The position numbers and the translations under genes are program-made. Shown in pieces: positions 34,243-41,157 of a DNA stretch of 41,157 nt. The number at the start of each line of letters is the position of its first letter. The stretch's first letter is position 1. Under the pieces are notes generated by a model. The model was given only the letters and a program-made list of their open reading frames with translations. It was not told the origin of the DNA and ran no database searches. Source of the DNA: a virus; IMG/VR virus record IMGVR_UViG_3300027754_000048; one strand, 5' to 3'.

Positions 34243-35500
34243 GGTTCCATTTAAAGACCGGAAATCTTAATGAATGTAAGCCATGTTGATCGATTGTCGA
34301 TTCAAAATATTGTACAGTGATCGTCATGCCAATGATCTGCTCAGGATTTTTATAATAAAGACGACGTTCATCTAGTGTGAATCCACTTCCAACTTTTACG
34401 ATATTTCCTTTGTGTTCTACTAAAACTGCGCTCAGCATAGGTTCTTCAACTTCTGCGCCATTTACTATTACGCGTTGAGTTTCAATAATTATTTCTTTCA
34501 CTAAATATTCTGCATCATAAAATTCCTTGAGCTTAAGCATATTTTTTGTACGATCTCCCTCGTAACCAACATCACGACGTGCAATTAAGCCTTCCCAGCC
34601 TTGCACTTTTGAAGCTTCCTTCTGAACCACTAGGTCCTCTTCAGAAGTGACTCTACTTTGTTTTAGATTACTTATGTAACGCGAGTCAAAGAGGATCCTG
34701 GTCAACCTGTCGCTTAATAGTCGTACGCCGACACCAGTATTAAACTCTCCAAGCGTCAAAATATCAAATACCCAATATTTTGGGTTTTCGATAGTATGAT
34801 CCTTTCGTTGTATTTGTTTAAGGATTCCCTGAAAGTCATCTGATCCATCTTCATTCATCACGCAAATCTCGCCATCTAAAACTATATCATCTAGGCCAAG
34901 TCGTAATAGTTCATTGGCTATTGTGCCCAACGTTTCAAATTCCTTGCCATTGCGCGAGAAAAATCGAACCTTGCTATTTTCAATAATGGTGATACATCTA
35001 ACTCCATCTAATTTACGTGATAGAAACCACGTACCGTCTATTAGGTTAATATTTTTGACTTTTGTTGCATCGTGTGCAAGTGCAACATTAAACGTAGGGA
35101 TCAGGTCTCCCATAACTCGATTGATGAGTGTCGTCGTTGCTCTGGTTTCAAGGTTGCGATCTATTATCTGATAAATGAGATCAGAAACTTCCTTATTTTC
35201 TTTGATGAAATAGTTTACTGCCGCGATCGCAGCGTGTCCAGTCACATTACGCTCGTTCAAGTCGTCGAGCATGTAAAAAAAGTTATCGTATACTTGGGTA
35301 GGGGCAATTAGATCGCTGCGCTTTTTAAGATTTGTGGAAGTTACCCCATATTGTTTGTATGGGTGATATGTATAAAGCAAGATCTTTTGGATAAATTCGT
35401 CCCCCGCATATTTGGTAAGGACTTCTACTTTATGATTAGTTGAATTCGATGCGTTCATTTCATCGATAAACTCACGTAATTTTTTAAAATCTTGATACAT
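34220..35500 (-). CDS. lig: ATP-dependent DNA ligase (phage type)
   Basis: Motif I RKLDGVR, FSRNGK, III LDGEI, IIIa YWVFDI, IV EGLIAR, V MLKLKEF, VGSGFT, VI SLRFPVF. Confidence 0.95.
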   Translation of the reverse strand: MYQDFKKLREFIDEMNASNSTNHKVEVLTKYAGDEFIQKILLYTYHPYKQYGVTSTNLKKRSDLIAPTQVYDNFFYMLDDLNERNVTGHAAIAAVNYFIKENKEVSDLIYQIIDRNLETRATTTLINRVMGDLIPTFNVALAHDATKVKNINLIDGTWFLSRKLDGVRCITIIENSKVRFFSRNGKEFETLGTIANELLRLGLDDIVLDGEICVMNEDGSDDFQGILKQIQRKDHTIENPKYWVFDILTLGEFNTGVGVRLLSDRLTRILFDSRYISNLKQSRVTSEEDLVVQKEASKVQGWEGLIARRDVGYEGDRTKNMLKLKEFYDAEYLVKEIIIETQRVIVNGAEVEEPMLSAVLVEHKGNIVKVGSGFTLDERRLYYKNPEQIIGMTITVQYFESTIDQHGLHSLRFPVFKWNHGKSRSI

Positions 35501-35548
35501 AGTTAGGTATAGATTAATAACTAAACTATACTAAAAAATTAAACTAGA

Positions 35549-35986
35549 TTACAAAGAAAGCTTACACTCTTGCGAAACGTGTTTATCACACCAACCAGCT
35601 TTGGTTTCGACTGCAAAGCGAGCTGGACCTTTGCTTGAATAACGTGGAATTTTATGCTCTTCTCTTTCGTCGGTCGGTTGCATTGTTTCATGACCCATGT
35701 ACTCCATGTTATTATTGAAAAAAGCTATATCTAATGAAAAAGGCACGTCCTTCATCCAAAAATGAAGCGGCTGTTCAGCATCATATACAAAAAGAATTCC
35801 TTCGCCTTCTTTAGGTTCGGTAGTTGCTCCCATAAAACCCTTGGCTTGACTCTCAGGAGTCGATGCAACTTTTACTCTTAATGGATTTCCTCCAACCTCT
35901 ATTGTAATTGGAATTCCATCGATTTGGTTTTTTCTGCAAAAACTTTCAAATAAAGAAAGCTTATTAGAAGGACGACATTGGCTCAT
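35549..35986 (-). CDS. DUF192 family protein
   Basis: VASTPESQAKGFMG, EGILFVY, FWMKDVPFSLDIAF, ARFAVETKAGW. Confidence 0.88.
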   Translation of the reverse strand: MSQCRPSNKLSLFESFCRKNQIDGIPITIEVGGNPLRVKVASTPESQAKGFMGATTEPKEGEGILFVYDAEQPLHFWMKDVPFSLDIAFFNNNMEYMGHETMQPTDEREEHKIPRYSSKGPARFAVETKAGWCDKHVSQECKLSL

Positions 35987-35992
35987 TAAGAT

Positions 35993-36000
35993 TATTTATC
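35993..36000 (-). promoter_or_regulatory. Putative late promoter GATAAATA
   Basis: 6 nt upstream of the 35986 start, directly after a terminator. Confidence 0.6.
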
Positions 36001-36001
36001 T

Positions 36002-36040
36002 AAAAAAAGAAAGTCCAGATCCGAGTATCTAGACTTCTTT
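36002..36040 (-). terminator. Intrinsic terminator downstream of tRNA-Leu
   Basis: Minus strand AAGTCTAGAT-ACTCGG-ATCTGGACTT followed by TCTTTTTTT. Confidence 0.75.
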
Positions 36041-36098
36041 CAATAGTAATAGGTCAATTTCTTACCATTGCTGTAAAGCTCAATATTAGATTTTTGCG

Positions 36099-36179
36099 TA
36101 CCCAGAGTCGGACTCGAACCGACACGTCCGAAGACATAAGTTCCTAAGACTTACGTGGCTGCCATTTCACCATCCGGGC
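36099..36179 (-). tRNA. tRNA-Leu(UAG)
   Basis: Acceptor GCCCGGA/TCTGGGT+A; anticodon arm TAAGT-CTTAGGA-ACTTA; long variable arm with TTCG loop; T arm GTCGG-TTCGAGT-CCGAC; CCA not encoded. Confidence 0.95.
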
Positions 36180-36220
36180 ATATTATAAAGTATATATACT
36201 TTTATAAGAGAGATGGTTTT

Positions 36221-36268
36221 ATAAACAAAAAATCCTCTAATCTTTCGATTAAAGGATTTTTTGTTTAT
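36221..36268. terminator. Strong bidirectional terminator after 36280..36699
   Basis: ATAAACAAAAAATCCTCTAATC-TTTC-GATTAAAGGATTTTTTGTTTAT. Confidence 0.85.
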
Positions 36269-36279
36269 GATTTTATAAA

Positions 36280-36699
36280 TTATTCTGCTGGAGCTTCTTC
36301 GCCTTCTTCTGGTTTTTCTTCATCGTCTTCTTCTGGTTTTTCTTCATCGCCTTCTTCTTCTTCTTCTTCTTCGCCTTCCTCGCCACCTTCTAATTTATCT
36401 ACTCTTTCAGTAAGATCGTCGATCATAGCTTTTAAGTCCTCTAATGTAACTTCTTTGTCGTCATCTGTATTATCGTCATCAGTGTCTCCGTCGATTTGAT
36501 CTTCATCGTCTTCTGGATTTGCACCTGCATCCCAGTCAGTGTACTCATGTTGAGTAGAATCGATGTTATTACTCATGTTACCGTCTTCTCCACCATAATC
36601 TGAACTTAGATCTGAGTTCGTACCAGTTCCATTGTATATGTCATCGAACTCTTCGTTTAATCGAGACTTCATAAAGCCCGCAAAGTTCTTTACTCTCAT
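36280..36699 (-). CDS. Highly acidic late protein with capsid-targeting-like leader (possible prohead core/scaffold)
   Basis: MRVKNFAGFMKSRLNEE; D/E tracts around a short coiled coil; has its own late box and terminator. Confidence 0.7.
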   Translation of the reverse strand: MRVKNFAGFMKSRLNEEFDDIYNGTGTNSDLSSDYGGEDGNMSNNIDSTQHEYTDWDAGANPEDDEDQIDGDTDDDNTDDDKEVTLEDLKAMIDDLTERVDKLEGGEEGEEEEEEEGDEEKPEEDDEEKPEEGEEAPAE

Positions 36700-36717
36700 T
36701 TTTTAGTCATTTTTTAT

Positions 36718-36725
36718 TATTTATC
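36718..36725 (-). promoter_or_regulatory. Putative late promoter GATAAATA
   Basis: 18 nt upstream of the 36699 start. Confidence 0.65.
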
Positions 36726-36732
36726 TGAGAGA

Positions 36733-37251
36733 TTACGCACTTTTTTCAGTTTCGATGTCAATCTTATTCTTGATAAAGTTAATTTCGTCATCTAACTTTT
36801 TGATTGCTTCCATAGATTGACGAAACATCATAGATAGAGAAAACAATCTTTGTGCAGAATCTAAACCTGTTCCACCAACTCTATTCAAAAAGAAATTGAT
36901 AGATTCGATTGTAGATGCAGGCAGTTTAATATTTAGTGGATCTGTTTCTTTAGGTGACATTCCTTCTAGCACGTTATTAACGGTTAACACTGCCATAATC
37001 ATTAAATACGCCTCATTTGGACCTTTCCATTCAACCTTTTGGTTTAATGTATTCTTAAGAAACTTTAAATCTGTATAGTTGATTCGTAAATCAAACTCTC
37101 CAGTTCTACTTGCCAATAGTGCATTTAAGTTATCCTTTGGTGAAAGTTCAGGTGAAATCTCTTCAACTGGTGAAGTCTCTTCAACTTTAGTTGATACTTC
37201 CTGTTCTACTGCGCTCTCTTCTTGTTCTAGCGCGATTTCTTGTTGTTCCAT
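36733..37251 (-). CDS. Hypothetical protein with an acidic N-terminus
   Basis: 172 aa ORF. Confidence 0.7.
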   Translation of the reverse strand: MEQQEIALEQEESAVEQEVSTKVEETSPVEEISPELSPKDNLNALLASRTGEFDLRINYTDLKFLKNTLNQKVEWKGPNEAYLMIMAVLTVNNVLEGMSPKETDPLNIKLPASTIESINFFLNRVGGTGLDSAQRLFSLSMMFRQSMEAIKKLDDEINFIKNKIDIETEKSA

Positions 37252-37298
37252 TAGGTTAAATATGTTTAAATACTTAAACTAAGTAACCAAAAAAAGTT

Positions 37299-38786
37299 TT
37301 ATGCTTTTTGACCTACCTCAAAGTTGTTTGCAAGGGCCATTGCTTTTTCATATCCTCTAGAACCAACAACCTCACGATGTCCGCCATGATTAATCTTAAC
37401 AAAGGCCTCAACAGCAGACTGCTTATCTTTAAAGCTATTTTGAGAAAGACCTGCTCCTTTTAATCCATTAACAAAAAAGGCAACGGCCGCTTTTGCAGCT
37501 ACCTTAGGATCATTTAAAAGATCTGGATTACTTACTAGATCCATTCCAATTAGATCACCATACTTTTTATAAGATGCTTTAAAAGTGATCTGGTTAAATC
37601 CTCTGCCTCTATACTTAAAGCCATCTCCTGGATTATTGTTTTGATTCCAGCTATTTAGTCCATATATTGCATCGTAAAACTTAACATCGTCCTGCTTTAA
37701 AGCAGTTAACTCTACATCACTATATTTAGAAAGTCGATCTCCAAATAACGTACGTAGTCTACCATTATCAGTATTACGGTAGCTGTATTCAGACTTAGGA
37801 ATAAAGCTAGATTCTTTACCGATCGTTGACACCATTCCAATTTGTGCATAAGGATTAGTTAATCCCTGCTTAATCATCTCTTCAATCAATAACTTAATAT
37901 TATTTGCTCTTTCTCCGCTGTAGGTAGATTTAACAGTTCCTCCAGTAATTAAAAATTCTCCTTTTTCCTTTTCAGCGGTTGCAATAGCTGCAGAATCTGC
38001 TTTTGTACCATATATCGCAGCATACGATGCAGGTCCAAATATTCCATCGACTGCAATATTACTTTTGGTTTGTAATTTTTTTACCGCATCGATTGTAGCA
38101 GCATCATAATTTCCAGTAATTTCTCCAGAATAAAGATTAGCATCTTTAAGTTTAGCTTGAATAACTTTAACTGAATCTCCAGTTGTTCCAGATTTAAGAA
38201 TAGACGTTCCTGACTGAATTGCAGTCATCTGTTTTAAAATTGCGTCTATGCTTGGATTACCGGTAAGCTGGATAGATTGAGACCAAGTATTTAAAGACTG
38301 TTTTGTTTGAATATCTTTTGGAACTGGAGAACCACTCTTGATTAGTAAAGCACTCGCTTTATGTTCCCAATGCCAAGGTTCTCTAGGGATATTTGTAAAT
38401 CCAAAGTTAGCAGCGTTATTTCTTAACCACTGTCCTGCTGCGCTACCACTTCCTTTCTTAAAATCAAGATCTACTGCACTTCCCCATCCATGATTAGATG
38501 TTCCAGGTTTTGCAGCTAATCCTCCTTTAGAGTAAAGGCCTTTCTTTTTTGCTACTCTTACTTGAGAATCTAAAGTTCTATATGAATCTGTGATTCCCCA
38601 AGTAATACCGTCCTTTTTTGCAGCATCTACCATTTGATTGTAGGCGGACGCAGCGACCGGATTTAATTTGTGCCTGGCTGACTCTCCAGGTAAAACTTCG
38701 ATTTGATTTAACTGGTCAGTTGGAATTTCACCGTTTGCTGCTTCTACTAATTTTTTCCAAGTAAAAAAATCTTTTAAGTGAGACAC
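37299..38786 (-). CDS. Tri-modular peptidoglycan hydrolase: M15B/VanY-like peptidase, PG-binding domain and GH19-like lysozyme
   Basis: SYRT..Q, AAKPGTSNHGWGSAVD, REPWHW; LKSG..G..VK.IQ..L, VDGIFGPAS; KES..PKSE, GDGFKYRGRGFNQIT.K.SY, NPDLLNDP. Confidence 0.9.
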   Translation of the reverse strand: MSHLKDFFTWKKLVEAANGEIPTDQLNQIEVLPGESARHKLNPVAASAYNQMVDAAKKDGITWGITDSYRTLDSQVRVAKKKGLYSKGGLAAKPGTSNHGWGSAVDLDFKKGSGSAAGQWLRNNAANFGFTNIPREPWHWEHKASALLIKSGSPVPKDIQTKQSLNTWSQSIQLTGNPSIDAILKQMTAIQSGTSILKSGTTGDSVKVIQAKLKDANLYSGEITGNYDAATIDAVKKLQTKSNIAVDGIFGPASYAAIYGTKADSAAIATAEKEKGEFLITGGTVKSTYSGERANNIKLLIEEMIKQGLTNPYAQIGMVSTIGKESSFIPKSEYSYRNTDNGRLRTLFGDRLSKYSDVELTALKQDDVKFYDAIYGLNSWNQNNNPGDGFKYRGRGFNQITFKASYKKYGDLIGMDLVSNPDLLNDPKVAAKAAVAFFVNGLKGAGLSQNSFKDKQSAVEAFVKINHGGHREVVGSRGYEKAMALANNFEVGQKA

Positions 38787-38802
38787 AATCTAAATTTTTT
38801 AT

Positions 38803-38810
38803 TATTTATC
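38803..38810 (-). promoter_or_regulatory. Putative late promoter GATAAATA
   Basis: 16 nt upstream of the 38786 start; overlaps the NUDIX stop codon. Confidence 0.65.
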
Positions 38811-39294
38811 TTCTAAGATGCCGATCTAATATAATTAATTGCGATCTTGAAGTTATTCTATATGCTTCATCAATGCCCACGAATTTTGCCCAATCTATTT
38901 CTTCTGCCTGCAGTTGGTCTTTAGGAATACTTTCAGAAGACAGTCCTGCTTCATCTAAAGAATTGATCGCGCACACATAATACGTGAGCTGACGACTTAG
39001 TTCACCAGTCGGCTTAAAAATTTCTACGGTTTCTGGAGATGAATTTAATTGGTCTGGAGTCAGATGAATACCTGTTTCTTCTTTGAGTTCACGAAGAGCA
39101 GCTTCCATTGAATCTTCAGATTCTTCGATTCTACCTTTAGGTATTCCACATGTACCTTTACTCCAGCTAGAACTAGTAGGATGTACCAAAAGAATCTTAT
39201 TATCATAAATAAGAGCGACTCCAGCTGTAATGCCAACTAGTTTTTTTATAAGCCTTTCTTCTTTTATGTAGTTATTAAAATTAAGAATCGCCAT
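38806..39294 (-). CDS. NUDIX hydrolase
   Basis: Nudix box PKGRIEESEDSMEAALRELKEETG; ILLVHP; EEIDWAKF. Confidence 0.92.
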   Translation of the reverse strand: MAILNFNNYIKEERLIKKLVGITAGVALIYDNKILLVHPTSSSWSKGTCGIPKGRIEESEDSMEAALRELKEETGIHLTPDQLNSSPETVEIFKPTGELSRQLTYYVCAINSLDEAGLSSESIPKDQLQAEEIDWAKFVGIDEAYRITSRSQLIILDRHLRR

Positions 39295-40138
39295 ATTTTT
39301 TAAAGTCTATTGAGTGTTTTGGTTTTATTAAAAGAGAATCATAGTATCGCTTTTTATAATAAGGCAGGACTATCTTTTCAAATAATTCTTTTTTCTTAAA
39401 CCAAGCTGGCAACTCAGATTCATAAAATTGCGAATACGCTGTTTCATACATTCTGACTCCCTGAGATGGAGTCAGTGGAAAAGTTTGAGTAATATCGTTT
39501 AAAAATAATTTTCCATTTGATTCTAAAACTTCTACGTGATAGAAATCAGCTGGATTTTTTTCATAAATGTTTTTTAATATTGAATTTGCCTCATCAAGAT
39601 ATTTGAATCCTCTAAGGTCAACGTCGAATCCTATCTTATTGATTCTTTCCTGAACGTGTATTGGTTTCTTCTTATATGCAATAATATCAAATCGAGTCAA
39701 AGGAGTTATTTTTTCATCAAAAGAATCAAAGTTCTTTTCTGATTTTTTAAATTTTCCATAGGTTTTAAATTCTTCCTTTGAGTTATCGGAACTTGCAGTA
39801 ATAGGAAATTTTAATTTCTTTACTAAACGTCTATCTTTTGTAGATTTAGGTAAAAAATCAGCTTCGCCCATTTTTTTAAGAATGTCCTTGTATTTAGGCA
39901 GCGGATTAGCATTATAATGAAATAACGAGTTCTCATTAATGTCATTAGATTCAAAACTAAAATCTCCCCAACGAATAATTGGAGACTCATTAGTTCCTTT
40001 AAAATCAAATGGTGTTTTAATCAATTCAAATATGTCTAAGCCATAATTTTCATGACATGCAAACGCAATCCTTTTTTCAAAGGTTTTAGGATCCTTTGAA
40101 TACAGCTTACCGTAATCTTCAAAGTTTTTTAGTGACAT
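39281..40138 (-). CDS. Hypothetical protein, possibly a degenerate RimK-like ATP-grasp fold
   Basis: FLPKST..LKFPIT, FDEKI..RFDIIAY, DFYHVEVLE.NGKLFLNDI follow ATP-grasp motif order, but the canonical Lys and E-x-N are missing. Confidence 0.45.
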   Translation of the reverse strand: MSLKNFEDYGKLYSKDPKTFEKRIAFACHENYGLDIFELIKTPFDFKGTNESPIIRWGDFSFESNDINENSLFHYNANPLPKYKDILKKMGEADFLPKSTKDRRLVKKLKFPITASSDNSKEEFKTYGKFKKSEKNFDSFDEKITPLTRFDIIAYKKKPIHVQERINKIGFDVDLRGFKYLDEANSILKNIYEKNPADFYHVEVLESNGKLFLNDITQTFPLTPSQGVRMYETAYSQFYESELPAWFKKKELFEKIVLPYYKKRYYDSLLIKPKHSIDFKKYGDS

Positions 40139-41157
40139 TATCGTAAATGGAATTTAGAAAATGAAGTAATGTGCTTCATTCTTATAAAAGATTCATTTGA
40201 GGATTCTTTATCTGAATTATGTTCTATTTTATCTTTAGCACCATCTCTTTTAACTTTACCTTCAGCAACTGAGCCCCAAAAATCTTTAAACTGATTTTCA
40301 GTATCTTGACTTCCGTATTTGTCATACACTACCGTAATGATGTCAGGTTGACCCGTCAGTTTTGCATAATTTTGCTGATACTTTGTAATATGCTCAAATG
40401 CTTCTTTTTCGCTTGAATCTAGGATAACGTCTGGTTTATATACTGCACCTGTTTCTTTTTCCTGTTTCTTTCTTAAGTTATCCATATAACTATTGAATGC
40501 AGAGTTACCCCAATATTCTAATTCCTTCTCAGTATATTTGTTATCGGCTAATGCTTCTTCACCAAACATCACTTTAATCGCTTGTTTACCTAGTAAAATC
40601 ATGAGTTTAGCGACGTTTCCAGTAGCTTTTGCAGCTCCTTTTAACAATCTAGTTGCGCCTGCTAAAACGCTCATTTCACTAGCTTTAGTTGCACCATTAA
40701 AATAACCAGCAGCAACTTTTTCTTCTCCTTTTCCAAATAGGCCAGGAGCTTTACGTCCCCAAAGCTCAGGGCTGGTTAATACTTCTTTAGAGAAGCGACC
40801 TATTTCTTTGCCGCTAGAGTCTAAAACTGTAACTACTCCCTTTGCATCAACTTCCATTATTCCACCTTTTCCTAGCATTTTTTTGACAGAGTTTTTAGCT
40901 GCAATTTCAGCTCCTTCTTTTGCTCCTCCTTTCAATACACCTTTCTCAACTTCAGCAAAGTCTTTTGAAAACTTTGCCATTTTTTCTCCATACTTTGTTA
41001 ACGTGGTACCAATCATTCCAAAAACTTTTTCTAGCGGTTTACCAATAAACGGAATATAACTAGAAAGTTTTCCTATAATTTTTTCAGTCGATTTACCTAA
41101 TAAGCTAGTTGCTTTTCCTAAAGCCACTCCTACGTTTCTTGCAATAAAAGATAATAA
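40138..41157 (-). CDS. 5'-truncated large Ala/Gly/Lys-rich helical protein (putative virion-internal/ejected protein)
   Basis: The frame stays open to the window end (LLSFIARNVG precedes the track start); C-terminus NESFIRMKHITSFSKF. Confidence 0.65.
   Translation of the reverse strand, partial: LLSFIARNVGVALGKATSLLGKSTEKIIGKLSSYIPFIGKPLEKVFGMIGTTLTKYGEKMAKFSKDFAEVEKGVLKGGAKEGAEIAAKNSVKKMLGKGGIMEVDAKGVVTVLDSSGKEIGRFSKEVLTSPELWGRKAPGLFGKGEEKVAAGYFNGATKASEMSVLAGATRLLKGAAKATGNVAKLMILLGKQAIKVMFGEEALADNKYTEKELEYWGNSAFNSYMDNLRKKQEKETGAVYKPDVILDSSEKEAFEHITKYQQNYAKLTGQPDIITVVYDKYGSQDTENQFKDFWGSVAEGKVKRDGAKDKIEHNSDKESSNESFIRMKHITSFSKFHLR

Noticed and set aside
36155-36499. Ser-rich plus-strand ORF
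   Set aside because: Antisense of the Glu/Asp-rich gene; it crosses a terminator and the tRNA.
1-41157. Bacterial chromosome or prophage interpretation
   Set aside because: No housekeeping operons, integrase or att site. A phage-type ATP ligase, fibres, dense small hypothetical ORFs and T4-like late boxes favour a large lytic phage, although hallmark capsid and terminase genes are outside the window.

Overview
This AT-rich window is best read as part of a large (jumbo, T4-like-transcription) tailed-phage genome. The likely host is a Bacteroidota bacterium: the window has a short Bacteroidota-type sigma70, a DUF4494-like protein, a T9SS CTD-like protein and TAnnTTT-type promoter boxes. No capsid, terminase or integrase gene is present, so the phage assignment is inferred. 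Recognisable genes: fibre-like repeat proteins (proline-free GTS/GSS collagen, GPQ/GPT collagen, Cys-rich 15-aa beta-roll repeats), beta-helix domains, a GT9-like glycosyltransferase plus a PAPS-type sulfotransferase, thyA, an ATP-dependent DNA ligase, ClpP, sigma70, a NucA-type nuclease, a CAP protein, a metallophosphoesterase, NUDIX, a VanY/PG-binding/GH19 hydrolase, tRNA-Leu(UAG) and a degenerate tRNA-Arg(UCU). Patterns that stand out: (1) a (G/A/T)ATAAATA late-promoter box before about 14 transcription units; (2) about ten unrelated proteins, including enzymes, share an N-terminal motif resembling the T4 capsid-targeting and gp21-cleavage signal; (3) a GT plus sulfotransferase operon lies among Ser/Thr-rich fibre genes; (4) a Sec-exported paralogue of the fibre tip domain is coupled to a T9SS-CTD gene; (5) four ThyA-like N-termini occur in tandem at the edge of a modular, repeat-flanked small-ORF array. 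All calls are by-eye motif recognition; no searches were run.
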